In this document: positions 43,951 to 54,128 of the stretch, one piece after another
Numbering within the stretch: position 1 is the stretch's first letter
Layout of the letters: the number at the start of each line of letters is the position of its first letter
From: Alphaproteobacteria bacterium
Lineage (GTDB): Bacteria; Pseudomonadota; Alphaproteobacteria; ATCC43930; CGMCC-115725
Length of the DNA stretch: 64,000 bases
Direction of reading: 5' to 3'
Assembly (NCBI GenBank): GCA_028871055.1
Contig: JAGWON010000012.1
Coordinates: forward strand, 40,445 to 104,444
Translations under genes and position numbers: made by a program
The notes under the pieces: generated by a model
The model's database searches: none
What the model was told of the DNA's origin: nothing
What the model saw: only the letters and a program-made list of their open reading frames with translations

Positions 43951-44783
43951 GAGAGCGGCTCCTGCAAGCCGAAGACTGGCCCTTCCCAGCAGACGCGCCG
44001 GTGCTCGACGCCGCCATTCGGCGCGTGGAAATCGCGAACGCAGCAGAAGCACATGCCGAGCGCGCAGGCCATCTGCTGCTCGAGTGCGACCTGGCCCGGA
44101 ATCCCATGCTCGTTGCCGAGCCGTTGGAGCAAGAGCAGCAGGCGGTTCGAGCCGCAGGTGAAGAACGCGTCGGCCCTGCCCCTTGCAACCAGGTCGCGCA
44201 GCAGGCGTTCGACGTTGCCGACTTCGCTGCTGTGGTCGGCATCGTTGACGACGATCACCTCGGCACCTCGAGCGCGGAACAGATCGACCGACATCACGAG
44301 ATCCGGTCGCCGCGCGCTCAAGATCGCGGTGACGCGGACGCTCGCGCGCTCGGCCATCAACGCCAATGGCGCCAGCGTCGCCAGACCGACGCCGCGGCCC
44401 AGCACGATGATATGCTTCCAGGCGGGATCGAGGGCGAAGCCCTTGCCCAGCGGCCCCAGCATGTTGAGCCGATCGCCTGGCTCGAGCATGGCGAGGCCGC
44501 GCGTGCCCGCACCCATGAGTTTGTAGAGAAACTCGACCCGACCGCGCATCGCGTCAACGGCGTAGACGCTCATCGGCCGCCGCAGGAACGGATTGCCGTC
44601 GGGTGAGGATGGGCACAGCAGATGGAAAAACTGTCCGGCCAGCGCCGCGGTCGCCGGCGGCTCGGCAGTAACGACGAGATGCCGATATTCCGGATTGACG
44701 GCGGTGTTGGCGATCACTACCGCGCTCTGCTCGGCGACCGAAAAGCCCTCTCGCACCGGGTAAAGAGAATCCATCATCACCAT
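43944..44783 (-). CDS. PyrK-like FAD/[2Fe-2S] electron-transfer subunit
   Basis: FHLLCPSSPDGNPFLRRPMSVY flavin-binding block and C-terminal MACALGMCFCCV cluster motif. Start uncertain (ATG 44783, 44777 or 44774). Confidence 0.78.
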   Translation of the reverse strand: MVMMDSLYPVREGFSVAEQSAVVIANTAVNPEYRHLVVTAEPPATAALAGQFFHLLCPSSPDGNPFLRRPMSVYAVDAMRGRVEFLYKLMGAGTRGLAMLEPGDRLNMLGPLGKGFALDPAWKHIIVLGRGVGLATLAPLALMAERASVRVTAILSARRPDLVMSVDLFRARGAEVIVVNDADHSSEVGNVERLLRDLVARGRADAFFTCGSNRLLLLLQRLGNEHGIPGQVALEQQMACALGMCFCCVRDFHAPNGGVEHRRVCWEGPVFGLQEPLSW

Positions 44784-44861
44784 CCTCGTCACGATCCTGA
44801 ACCAGAATCGGTGTCGCGAGCGCCACCCCGAGGCAGCACCCGCGCAATCCGGCGACACGCA

Positions 44862-46097
44862 TTATTCGAGCGGTAGGCCTTTGCGCTCCGGGATCAAGAG
44901 CGCCGTGGCCGCCAACTCGACCAAGTAAATGACCGCAAGCAACGCGATCGCCGTCGGGAAGGAATATTGCGCGGCAAGAATCGGCACCACGAACGGACCG
45001 AAACCGCCGACGCCGCGGCCGAGATTGAACAACACGTTCTGCGCCGTGGCGCGCGCCTTAGTCGGATAGAGTTCCGACATCAGCGCGCCCAGTCCGCCAA
45101 GCATGCCGTTGATGAAGAACCCCATAACCGCGCCGCCGACCAGCAACGCATAGGGCGTCGTCAGCCGCGAGAACACGACCACCATCACCGCCGCGCCAAT
45201 CTGCCAAAACATGAAGACCGGCCGGCGGCCGAATCGGTCGGCCGCGATGCCGAACAACCAGATGCCGATCGCCATGCCGACGATGGTCACCGCCGTCCAG
45301 ACGGCGGATTGCATCAGCGGGAACTTGAATTGGCTGTTGAGATAGCTTGGCAGCCAGATCATCACGCCGTAATAGCCGAAGTTCTGCACCGAGCAGAGTA
45401 TGAACATGCCGGTGGTGACCTTGATCGTGCGCGCGTCCTTGACCAGAAGGCCGATCGGAACGCCCTCACGGATGTGGCGCTGAACGAAGATTTCCGGCTC
45501 GCCCATCGTGCGGCGGACGATAAAAGCCACTACGGCCGGCAGAATTCCAACAAGGAACATCCCGCGCCAGCCGATATGCGGCAGGAGCAACGGCGTCACG
45601 AATGCCGCGACCAGCACGCCCGATTGCCAGCCGAGCCCGACATAGGCGGAAACCCGACCGCGCTTCGAGGCCGGCCAGGCCTCGGCCGCAAGCGCCATGC
45701 CGATGCCGAACTCGCCGCCGAGACCGAGGCCTGCGACCGTCCGGTATGCCAACAGATCGTAGTAGCCTTGCGACAGCGCGCACAGCCCGGTGAAGACCGC
45801 GAACAACAGGATGGTCCAGGTGAGGACGCGGACACGACCGAAGTAATCGCTGAGAATGCCGAACAGAATGCCGCCGGTGACGGCGCCCAAAAGGGTAAAG
45901 GTGAAAAGCGACCCCGCTTGAGGACCGGAAAGACCCAATTCGCCGCGAATGGCGCCGAGCATGAAGCCGAGGATGAGCAGGTCGAACCCGTCCATCGCAT
46001 AGCCGATGGCCGAGGCGAACAGCGCTTTCTTGGCATAGCTGCTGGGGATGTCAGAAACTTGGCTCACGGCGGCGGATCGGGGCGATGACGTCGACAT
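44862..46097 (-). CDS. MFS transporter
   Basis: 411 aa, 12 predicted TM segments, GILSDYFGRVRV loop motif. Confidence 0.85.
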   Translation of the reverse strand: MSTSSPRSAAVSQVSDIPSSYAKKALFASAIGYAMDGFDLLILGFMLGAIRGELGLSGPQAGSLFTFTLLGAVTGGILFGILSDYFGRVRVLTWTILLFAVFTGLCALSQGYYDLLAYRTVAGLGLGGEFGIGMALAAEAWPASKRGRVSAYVGLGWQSGVLVAAFVTPLLLPHIGWRGMFLVGILPAVVAFIVRRTMGEPEIFVQRHIREGVPIGLLVKDARTIKVTTGMFILCSVQNFGYYGVMIWLPSYLNSQFKFPLMQSAVWTAVTIVGMAIGIWLFGIAADRFGRRPVFMFWQIGAAVMVVVFSRLTTPYALLVGGAVMGFFINGMLGGLGALMSELYPTKARATAQNVLFNLGRGVGGFGPFVVPILAAQYSFPTAIALLAVIYLVELAATALLIPERKGLPLE

Positions 46098-46164
46098 GGG
46101 TCCCTCGCGATCTCCAGAGTGTTCTAATCGATTGTCTTAATTTTGGGACAGGGTCGACTCGAAG

Positions 46165-46662
46165 TCAACCTGCCATTACCGGCCTAGCGCCGGCCCGTTC
46201 GGCCGCAGACAAGCGGCGAATAAGCTCCTCGATCGCCAGACCGAGCCGCGGATGTCGCCAGCCCGGAGCGATTTCTGCCATCGGCAACAGCACGAAGGCA
46301 CGCTCATGCATCCGCGGATGCGGCAGAACCGGCGGCGCGTCGCGGATCACATCGTCGTAGGCGATCAGGTCGAGGTCGAGTGGGCGCGCCGCATTCGGCT
46401 CGCCGCGCTGGCGGCCGAAGCGCACCTCGAGGCGGTTGAGCAGCGCGAGCAACGAGACCGGATCGAGCCGCGTCTTAATGGCCACAACGGCATTGAGGTA
46501 ATTGGGTTGATCTGAATTCGGCACCGGCGCGCTTTGGTAAATGCGCGATCGCGCCACAATCTCGCCGCCTTCCTGTGCGAGGGAAGCGATCGCCGCTTCG
46601 AGGGTCGCGCGCGGCCGTCCGACTTCACTTGGTAGATTGGCGCCCAGAGCGATGAGGATCAT
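46165..46662 (-). CDS. folK: 2-amino-4-hydroxy-6-hydroxymethyldihydropteridine diphosphokinase
   Basis: MILIALGANL...SRIYQSAPV...NAVVAIKTRL...RPLDLDLI. Confidence 0.9.
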   Translation of the reverse strand: MILIALGANLPSEVGRPRATLEAAIASLAQEGGEIVARSRIYQSAPVPNSDQPNYLNAVVAIKTRLDPVSLLALLNRLEVRFGRQRGEPNAARPLDLDLIAYDDVIRDAPPVLPHPRMHERAFVLLPMAEIAPGWRHPRLGLAIEELIRRLSAAERAGARPVMAG

Positions 46663-46760
46663 CCCCGGCGCCGTTCCGGCCGTTGCGGCTTGACGCCCCC
46701 AATCGGGTGGCGGTCAAATGCGCGCCATAGTTTTGTTGTCATTGAGCGGAGTTAACACAC

Positions 46761-47348
46761 ATGACGTTTTATCCCGAGGAAAGGATTGCATTGTTTATCG
46801 ACGGTGCCAATCTTCACGCCGCCGCCCGCGCTCTGGGGTTCGATATAGACTACAAGCGGCTTCTTCAGTTGTTTGGCGAGAAAGGACGTTTGATTCGCGC
46901 GTTCTATTACACGGCGTTGATCGAGGACCAGGAATACTCGCCGCTCCGGCCACTGGTCGACTGGCTCGACTACAACGGCTATACGATGGTGACCAAGCCG
47001 ACCAAGGAATACACCGATGCCATGGGACGCCGCAAAGTCAAAGGCAACATGGACATCGAGCTCGCCATTGACGTGATGGAGATGGCGCAATATCTCGACC
47101 ATATTGTGCTGTTCTCCGGCGACGGCGATTTTCGCCGCCTGGTCGACGCGGTGCAGAAGAAAGGCGTCCGGGTCACGGTGGTATCGACCATACGCTCGGC
47201 GCCGCCGATGGTGGCCGACGAGTTGCGGCGCCAGGCGGACATGTTCATCGAGCTTCAGGATCTCGCGCCACAGATCATGCGTCATCGCGAGGATGTCCCG
47301 CCGCGCCAGGGTCCGTCGATCAACCAGATGAGCGACAGCGAGGCGTGA
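46761..47348 (+). CDS. NYN-domain (LabA-like) protein
   Basis: IALFIDGANLHAAARALGFDIDYKRLL...GNMDIELAIDVMEMA...VLFSGDGDFRRLV. Confidence 0.85.
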   Translation: MTFYPEERIALFIDGANLHAAARALGFDIDYKRLLQLFGEKGRLIRAFYYTALIEDQEYSPLRPLVDWLDYNGYTMVTKPTKEYTDAMGRRKVKGNMDIELAIDVMEMAQYLDHIVLFSGDGDFRRLVDAVQKKGVRVTVVSTIRSAPPMVADELRRQADMFIELQDLAPQIMRHREDVPPRQGPSINQMSDSEA

Positions 47349-47998
47349 GCACGTCTTCAAGCCCGGCCATTCCCGGGTTCGACTGCCCGCTCTGCCCGCG
47401 CCTCGCCGCATTTCGCGTCGCGCAACGCGCGGCGGCGCCGTCGTGGCATAACGCGCCGGTGCCCTCCTTCGGCGACTTGGGCGCGCGGCTGCTGATCGTC
47501 GGCTTGGCGCCCGGCCTCAAGGGTGCCAATCGAACCGGGCGTCCGTTCACTGGCGATTATGCCGGCGTCTTGCTCTACGGCACGCTGAAGAAATTCGGCC
47601 TCGCGCGCGGCGAATATGCCGGGCGCGCGGACGACGGGCTAACGCTGGTCGATTGCCGCATCACCAATGCCGTGCGCTGCGTGCCGCCAGCGAACAAACC
47701 CGAACCCGACGAAATCCGCGCCTGCGGCCGCTTTCTTGCCGCCGAGATCAGGGCCATGTTGCGGCTTGCGGCGATCCTCGCCCTCGGCCAGATCGCGCAT
47801 CAGGCGATACTTGGCGCGCTCGAGCACAAGCGCGCCCGGTATCCGTTCGGTCACGGCGCTATCCACGAGTTGCCGGGTGGCCCGGTGCTCGCCGACAGCT
47901 ATCATTGCTCACGCTACAATACCAACACCGGGGCGCTGACCGTTGATATGTTCGAGGCGGTGTTCGCAAATTTGAAGCGGTACTTGGCGCTGGCATAA
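47345..47998 (+). CDS. Uracil-DNA glycosylase superfamily protein (family 5/UdgB-like)
   Basis: GTG start overlapping the NYN stop. LLIVGLAPGLKGANRTGRPFTGD and SYHCSRYNTNTG motifs. Confidence 0.8.
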   Translation: MSTSSSPAIPGFDCPLCPRLAAFRVAQRAAAPSWHNAPVPSFGDLGARLLIVGLAPGLKGANRTGRPFTGDYAGVLLYGTLKKFGLARGEYAGRADDGLTLVDCRITNAVRCVPPANKPEPDEIRACGRFLAAEIRAMLRLAAILALGQIAHQAILGALEHKRARYPFGHGAIHELPGGPVLADSYHCSRYNTNTGALTVDMFEAVFANLKRYLALA

Positions 47999-48005
47999 AG
48001 GGACG

Positions 48006-48482
48006 ATGCGGAAAATTCTCGTCAGCACCTGCCTTTTAGGCCAAGCGGTAGTCGGCTACCGCGTACGCTACAACAACGGCGACATGCCCTGCGTCGATCC
48101 GCGCTTTCGGCGTTGGCGCGACGAAGGCCGCTTCGTCCACATCTGTCCCGAAGTCACCGGCGGGCTGCCGACGCCGCGGCCGCGCGCGCGGGTGGACACG
48201 GCCAACGGGCGGGTCGTCACTGAGATCGGCACCGACGTCACCGCCGAATACGAGCGCGGCGCGCAAGCCGCCCTCGCGCTTGCCTGGAAGCACGGCATCA
48301 CGCTCGCCATCCTCAAGCAGGCAAGCCCGTCCTGCGGCTCGCGTCTCATCTTCGACCGCGACTTCAAGAATCAGATTCCCGGGCAGGGCCGTACCGCCGC
48401 GCTGCTTGCGGCCCACGGCATCAAGGTCTTCGGCGAGGACCAACTCGATGAGGTCGAGCGCGAACTGACCGCCAGCGATTAA
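48006..48482 (+). CDS. DUF523-family protein (TudS-like)
   Basis: MRKILVSTCLLGQAV..VRYNNG...HICPEVTGGLPTPRP...ILKQASPSCG. Confidence 0.8.
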   Translation: MRKILVSTCLLGQAVVGYRVRYNNGDMPCVDPRFRRWRDEGRFVHICPEVTGGLPTPRPRARVDTANGRVVTEIGTDVTAEYERGAQAALALAWKHGITLAILKQASPSCGSRLIFDRDFKNQIPGQGRTAALLAAHGIKVFGEDQLDEVERELTASD

Positions 48483-48483
48483 C

Positions 48484-48948
48484 TCAGCCGCGCTCTCGTA
48501 ACAATCGGGCGCGCGAACGCTGCCAATCGCGCTCCTTTTCCGCCTCACGCTTGTCGGCCTTGCGCTTGCCTTTGGCGATGCCGAGCGCCAGCTTGGCGCG
48601 GCCGCGCTCGTTGAAATAGATCGACAACGGCACCAGGGTGATTCCTTCGCGCTTCACTGCGCCCAGCAATCGATCGATCTCGCGCTTGCGCAGCAGGAGC
48701 TTGCGCGGCCGGCGGGGTTCATGATTGACGCGCGCCGCCGGATAGGCGGGGAAATGTGCGTTCAGTAGATAGATCGCGTTGTCCTTTTCGGCCGCGTAGG
48801 CCTCGGCGATGCTGGCGAGGCCCGCGCGCAGCACCTTGACCTCGGTGCCCGTCAGCATAAGCCCTGCCTCGATCGTCTCCTGGATCGCGTAATCGTGACG
48901 GGCACGCCGGTTTTGCGCGACGTACTTTTCGTCGCCACGCAGCGCCAT
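48484..48948 (-). CDS. smpB: SsrA-binding protein
   Basis: Start at ATG 48948. [29 protein letters not shown]...[12 protein letters not shown]. Confidence 0.93.
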   Translation of the reverse strand: MALRGDEKYVAQNRRARHDYAIQETIEAGLMLTGTEVKVLRAGLASIAEAYAAEKDNAIYLLNAHFPAYPAARVNHEPRRPRKLLLRKREIDRLLGAVKREGITLVPLSIYFNERGRAKLALGIAKGKRKADKREAEKERDWQRSRARLLRERG

Positions 48949-48956
48949 AGAGCAGT

Positions 48957-49832
48957 TCAGTTCAATAGGCCGGCGGAACGCATCGCGTCCTTCACCCGCA
49001 CCTGCGCCTCGGGCGACGCGGGCACCAGCGGTAGCCGCACCTCGGGCGACGACTTGCCGAGCAGCGAAGCCGCATACTTGACTGGCGCAGGGCTCGTCTC
49101 GACGAACAACGCGTCGTGCAGGGCGGCCAGCCGCGTATTGATCTTCATCGCCGCCGCGGTATCGCCCTTCTGCCACGCCTCGTGCATCTCGGCACAAGTG
49201 CTCGGCGCGATGTTGGCAGTGACCGAGATGCAGCCGTCGCCGCCATTGGCGCAATAGGGCAGCGCCGTCGCGTCCTCGCCCGACAGCATGCAGAATGCGT
49301 CGCCGCACGTCGCGCGCGTCTTGAGTGGCCGCGCCAAGTCGTTCGTCGCATCCTTGACGCCGACGATGTTCTGCAACTTCGCCAGTCGCGCCATTGTCGC
49401 AACGCTCATATCGATGACGCAGCGGCCGGGAATATTGTAGATCAGCAGCGGCAGCTCGACTGCGTCGTTGATCGCTTTATAGTGCTGATACAGACCTTCC
49501 TGGGTCGGCTTGTTGTAATAGGGCGTCACCACCAGCGCGGCATCCGCTCCCGCCCGCTTGGCGTGTTGGGTCAGTTCGATTGCCTCGGCGGTCGAATTCG
49601 ATCCGGTGCCGGCGATAACCGGTACGCGACCGCTGACGGCTTCGACGCAGAGCTCGATCACTCGCTTGTGCTCGGCGTGCGAAAGCGTCGGCGATTCGCC
49701 GGTCGTCCCGCAGGGCACCACGCCGTGCGTGCCTTGCTCAACCTGCCAATCGACGAAGCTCTGGAACGCTTTCTCATCCACCGCTCCGTTGCGGAACGGA
49801 GTGATGAGCGCGACCAGCGAGCCCTTAAACAT
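48957..49832 (-). CDS. dapA: 4-hydroxy-tetrahydrodipicolinate synthase
   Basis: Start at ATG 49832. [13 protein letters not shown]...[18 protein letters not shown]...YNIPGR. Confidence 0.93.
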   Translation of the reverse strand: MFKGSLVALITPFRNGAVDEKAFQSFVDWQVEQGTHGVVPCGTTGESPTLSHAEHKRVIELCVEAVSGRVPVIAGTGSNSTAEAIELTQHAKRAGADAALVVTPYYNKPTQEGLYQHYKAINDAVELPLLIYNIPGRCVIDMSVATMARLAKLQNIVGVKDATNDLARPLKTRATCGDAFCMLSGEDATALPYCANGGDGCISVTANIAPSTCAEMHEAWQKGDTAAAMKINTRLAALHDALFVETSPAPVKYAASLLGKSSPEVRLPLVPASPEAQVRVKDAMRSAGLLN

Positions 49833-49982
49833 ACCAGCCTCCTGCGGGCGCCGCCGGAAGACGGCCGCGCCATTGACCAAAATAGCGCCCGGCGGTGCCC
49901 CAGGGCAATCACTGCTCCTCGCCAGGACCATCGTACCTGACAGCCGCGGCGCCGGTCGCTAATATATCCTGGGGATATCCAA

Positions 49983-51950
49983 TTGGATCGCATTACGAAG
50001 GTGCGGTTGCGCGTCTGTCTGGCGGCTGTCGTGGCGAGCGCGCTGCTGGGCTCAATTGTGGCACGTGCCCAGGCGCTCTCCGCCGCCGACAAACGACTCT
50101 ATCATGCCGCATTCGCGGCCGCACAGAAGAGCGACTGGAATGCCGCCGCGCGTGATGCCGCGAAGGCGCACGATCCGCTGCCGCGCGAAGCGCTTCATTG
50201 GCTGGCGATGATCCGCGGGGCCGATGGCGCCAGCTTCGGCGAGATCACAAAATTTATCGTGAAGCATCCGGACTGGCCCGGTCGGCAGGCGCTCGAGCGG
50301 ACGGCTGAGGCGGCGACGAACGGCGTGCCCGACAATGTGCTCGCCGACTGGTTCGCAAACCATCCGCCGATCACGGCAGCCGGCAAACTGCGTGAGGCCG
50401 ATCTGTGGGCGGCGGCAGGACGGACCGACGCCGCGCACGACCTCATTCGCCGCGTATGGATTTACAGCGACCTGTCTCCATTCGACGAGCGGTCGATGTT
50501 CCAGCGTTACCATGCCATCTTGCGCGTCGCAGATCACGAAAAGCGGCTCGATCGGCTGCTATGGGACGATCACGTCGCGGCAGCCCAGCGTATTCTGCAG
50601 CTGGTGCCGTCGGGTCCGCGAGCGGTGGCCGAAGCGCGACTGGCGTTGATGAGGTCCGCTGGCGATGTCGACTCGCTCGTCGACCTCATACCGCAGGCGT
50701 ATCGTAACGATACCGGTTTGCTTTATGACCGGGTGCGTTGGCGTCGACGCAAGAACCTGGATGATGCCGCGATCGATCTCCTAGTGGTTGTGCCGCCTGA
50801 TCCGGCGCATGCCGCACAATGGGCGAACGAGCGGCAGATCATGGCGCGCCGCGCATTGGCGATGGGACGGCAGGACGTCGCGTTCCGCATCGCCGAACAG
50901 CACGATGCGACCAGCGGCCAGAGCTTCGCCGAGCTTGAATTCCTTGCCGGATGGATTGCGTTGCGCTTCCTCAACGAACCTGCGGTTGCGTACAACCATT
51001 TCGTGCGGCTCTACGGCGCGGGAACGCTGCCGATTACCATCGCGCGCGGCGCCTATTGGGCCGGTCGGGCTGCCGAGGCAATGGGCTACCGCGAGCTTGC
51101 AGCGTCATGGTTCGACACGGCAGCCGACCGCTTCACCACGTACTATGGCCAACTCGCTGCTGCAGTACAACGCGTCACGCCGGCTCGCTTCGTGCGGGAG
51201 CCTCAGCCCACGGCCGCGGACGTCGCGACATTCAACCGGCGGGAGCTGGTGCGGCTGACGCGTGAGCTCGCGGAGGTCGGTGCTGACGAAGTCGTGAAGC
51301 CGTTCTTTGAGCGCCTTTGTGATCTGGCCACGACACCGGGCGAATATATGCTGACAGCGCTGCTTGCCCGCGAGATCGAGCGCCCAGACCTGGAAGTCGA
51401 CGCAGCGAAACGCGCGAGCTACGCCGGCGTCAACCTGATCGCCGAAGGTTATCCGATCCCCAAGCTGCCGAAAGGCGGGAAAGTCGAGACGCCGCTGCTG
51501 CTCGCCATGACGCGGCAGGAGAGCGCTTTCGACCACCAGGCGGTTAGCCGCGCCGGCGCACGTGGGTTGATGCAGCTCATGCCGCGGACGGCGAGCCTCA
51601 TCGCGAAAGCGCTGCACGTCCGGTTTTCGCGCAAGCGGCTGACGACGGACCGGCGGTACAATGTGACGCTCGGACGCGCCTATCTCGATGACCTGCTGGC
51701 GGATTTCTCCGGTTCCTATGTCCTGTCAATCGCCGCCTATAATGCCGGGCCGGCGCGGGTGAAGGACTGGATCAGCCTCTACGGCGACCCGCGTTCCGCG
51801 GGCGTGAACGCGATCGACTGGATCGAATCCATTCCCTACGCGGAGACGCGAAATTACGTGCAGCGCGTGCTTGAAAACCTGCAGATCTATCGCCTCCGCC
51901 TCGGCCAAACCGGGTTCACCTTCACCTTGGCGAGCGACCTGAAACGCTGA
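49983..51950 (+). CDS. Soluble lytic murein transglycosylase (Slt family)
   Basis: Signal peptide, superhelical N-domain, catalytic MTRQESAFDHQAVSRAGARGLMQLMP and AAYNAGPARV. Confidence 0.88.
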   Translation: MDRITKVRLRVCLAAVVASALLGSIVARAQALSAADKRLYHAAFAAAQKSDWNAAARDAAKAHDPLPREALHWLAMIRGADGASFGEITKFIVKHPDWPGRQALERTAEAATNGVPDNVLADWFANHPPITAAGKLREADLWAAAGRTDAAHDLIRRVWIYSDLSPFDERSMFQRYHAILRVADHEKRLDRLLWDDHVAAAQRILQLVPSGPRAVAEARLALMRSAGDVDSLVDLIPQAYRNDTGLLYDRVRWRRRKNLDDAAIDLLVVVPPDPAHAAQWANERQIMARRALAMGRQDVAFRIAEQHDATSGQSFAELEFLAGWIALRFLNEPAVAYNHFVRLYGAGTLPITIARGAYWAGRAAEAMGYRELAASWFDTAADRFTTYYGQLAAAVQRVTPARFVREPQPTAADVATFNRRELVRLTRELAEVGADEVVKPFFERLCDLATTPGEYMLTALLAREIERPDLEVDAAKRASYAGVNLIAEGYPIPKLPKGGKVETPLLLAMTRQESAFDHQAVSRAGARGLMQLMPRTASLIAKALHVRFSRKRLTTDRRYNVTLGRAYLDDLLADFSGSYVLSIAAYNAGPARVKDWISLYGDPRSAGVNAIDWIESIPYAETRNYVQRVLENLQIYRLRLGQTGFTFTLASDLKR

Positions 51951-51952
51951 AC

Positions 51953-52639
51953 ATGGTCCATACCGAACTTGCCCGAACCGAAACCTGCGTCTTCGACGCC
52001 TACGGCACGCTGTTCGACGTTACTTCGGCCGCGCAGCGCTGCGCCGATGCTTTGGAAAACAAGGCCGATGCGCTCGCCACGCTATGGCGAACCTCCCAGC
52101 TGCAATACACGTGGCTGCGCAGCCTGATGGGGAAACACGCGGATTTTTGGCAGGTCACTGGCGAAGCGCTCGACCATGCGATGGACGCGCTCGGCATTTC
52201 GGACGATGCGCTCAAGACGCAACTGATCGAGCTATACCTCGTGTTGTCTGCCTATCCCGACGCCAAGCTCGCGCTTGTCGCGTTAAGGCGGGCCAAGCGC
52301 CCGGCGGCGATCCTGTCCAATGGGTCACCCAAAATGCTGGCCGCCGCGGTGACATCGGCCGGCCTCGGCGACCTTCTCAACGCGGTCCTGTCGGTCGAGG
52401 ACATCGGAGTCTACAAGCCGCATCCGACGGTCTACCAGCTTGCGGTCGAACGGCTTGGCGTGCCGGCTGCGCGTATCTGTTTTGTCTCGTCGAATGGTTG
52501 GGACGCCGTGGGCGCGAGCGCCTTCGGCATGAATGCCGTCTGGGTCAACCGTTCCGGCCTGAAAATCGAGCGTCTACCTGCGAAGCCGATCACCCAGATC
52601 AAGCGCCTCGACGAGTTGCCGACCCTGCTCGGGCTTTAG
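51953..52639 (+). CDS. Haloacid dehalogenase type II (HAD superfamily)
   Basis: CVFDAYGTLFDV nucleophile motif, ILSNGSP, VSSNGWDAVGASAFG. Confidence 0.85.
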   Translation: MVHTELARTETCVFDAYGTLFDVTSAAQRCADALENKADALATLWRTSQLQYTWLRSLMGKHADFWQVTGEALDHAMDALGISDDALKTQLIELYLVLSAYPDAKLALVALRRAKRPAAILSNGSPKMLAAAVTSAGLGDLLNAVLSVEDIGVYKPHPTVYQLAVERLGVPAARICFVSSNGWDAVGASAFGMNAVWVNRSGLKIERLPAKPITQIKRLDELPTLLGL

Positions 52640-52641
52640 TC

Positions 52642-53649
52642 ATGGCAGACGACGGCGCCGCCCGCCTGCCCGGTCTCCCGGAGATCGAAACCGCAGCACG
52701 ACGCCTTGCGGGCCAAGCGGTAGCGACGCCGCTGCTGTCGTCGCCACTGCTCGACGCCCGGATCGGCGCACGGATTCTGGTCAAGGCGGAGAGCCTGCAG
52801 CGCACGGGTTCGTTCAAGTTCCGCGGTGCGCTCAACACGCTGCTCTCGCTCTCGCCGGACGCGCGAAAGCGCGGCGTCGTCGCCTTCTCTTCGGGCAACC
52901 ACGCACAAGGGGTTGCCGCGGCGGCACAGCTCCTAAAGATACCGGCGACGATTGTCATGCCGGCGGATGCGCCCGCGATCAAGACCGCGAACACCCGCGC
53001 CTATGGCGCCACGATCGTGCCTTACGACCGTCATCGCGACAGCCGGGAAGCGATCGCCGACAGCATCGCCCGGCGCGAGGGCGCAACGCTGGTTCCGCCT
53101 TTCGACGATGTCCGTATCATCGCCGGTCAGGGCACGGTCGGACTCGAACTCGCGCGTCAGGCCACGGCGCTCGGCATTGCGCTCGACGTCGTGATCGCGC
53201 CGTGCAGCGGCGGCGGTCTCGTCGGCGGCATCGCGCTCGCGCTTGCGGCTCTGAGCCCGGCAACCCGGGTCTATGCCGCCGAGCCCGAATCTCTTGACGA
53301 CTTGCGCCGCTCGCTAGCGGCCGGCTTACGCATCGCGAATGAAGCCGCAGCACGGTCGATTTGCGACAGCCTGCTCGCGCCTATGCCCGGCGTTCTGCCT
53401 TTCGCCATTGCGCGCCGCCATCTCGCCGGCAGTCTGACGGTTGGTGACGACGATGTCCGCCGTGCTATGGCGGCGGCGTTCGCAGACCTCAAGCTGGTCT
53501 TGGAGCCAGGCGGTGCTGCCGCTCTAGCGGCAATTCTGTCCGGTAAGCTCGATTGCGCCGGCAAAACCGTGGCGGTCATCGCCTCGGGCGGCAATGTCGA
53601 CCGAGAGTTGTTCGCTGCAGCGCTCGCGTGCGCGGCACCGGCTAGCTAA
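52642..53649 (+). CDS. PLP-dependent threonine/serine dehydratase
   Basis: Start at ATG 52642 (MADDGAARLPG). ESLQRTGSFKFRGALN PLP-lysine motif. SSGNHAQG. 335 aa. Confidence 0.87.
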   Translation: MADDGAARLPGLPEIETAARRLAGQAVATPLLSSPLLDARIGARILVKAESLQRTGSFKFRGALNTLLSLSPDARKRGVVAFSSGNHAQGVAAAAQLLKIPATIVMPADAPAIKTANTRAYGATIVPYDRHRDSREAIADSIARREGATLVPPFDDVRIIAGQGTVGLELARQATALGIALDVVIAPCSGGGLVGGIALALAALSPATRVYAAEPESLDDLRRSLAAGLRIANEAAARSICDSLLAPMPGVLPFAIARRHLAGSLTVGDDDVRRAMAAAFADLKLVLEPGGAAALAAILSGKLDCAGKTVAVIASGGNVDRELFAAALACAAPAS

Positions 53650-54128
53650 TCGGCGTTTCCGGCGACCTCGCTGTGCGGCGTGCGCAGCCGTTCGATCTGC
53701 TGCCGCAACGGTGGCGAAAGCTGCATCTGATCCGCCACAAAGGTGTCGATGGCTTCGACGCGGCGGCTATAGCCTTCGTATGACGCGCCTGGCTCGACCC
53801 GCATCTGTACGTAAACGATGTCGGCCGTGACCGAAGCGGCGCGGCCGAGGACGACGGCGGTTGCCGACAAACGACCCGACAGCGCGCCGTTGATCACGAC
53901 GTTTTCAGCCTCGACGGTACCGGTAACAGTGCCGCCCTCGCCGATCGTGACCTTGCGCGCGACGATGTTGCCCGAATGGTGGCCCAGCACGTGGACCTCA
54001 CCGTCGCTGACGATGTCACCCTCGAGCTTGAGGCCAGCACTGAGGATCGACGGCACCGAACGCCGGCCGCTGTCGCTCGCGCCGGCAAATTGGCCGACCG
54101 GCTTAGTGCGCGCTCGCCCGAACCACAT
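53646..54128 (-). CDS. Bactofilin-family polymer-forming protein
   Basis: Start at ATG 54128. LKLEGDIVSDGEVHVLGHHSGNIVARKVTIGEGGTVTGTVEAENVVINGALSG beta-helix repeats. Confidence 0.8.
   Translation of the reverse strand: MWFGRARTKPVGQFAGASDSGRRSVPSILSAGLKLEGDIVSDGEVHVLGHHSGNIVARKVTIGEGGTVTGTVEAENVVINGALSGRLSATAVVLGRAASVTADIVYVQMRVEPGASYEGYSRRVEAIDTFVADQMQLSPPLRQQIERLRTPHSEVAGNAD

Noticed and set aside
52084-53649. 521-aa version of the dehydratase ORF
   Set aside because: The first 186 codons overlap the HAD gene in another frame. Homology starts at ATG 52642.
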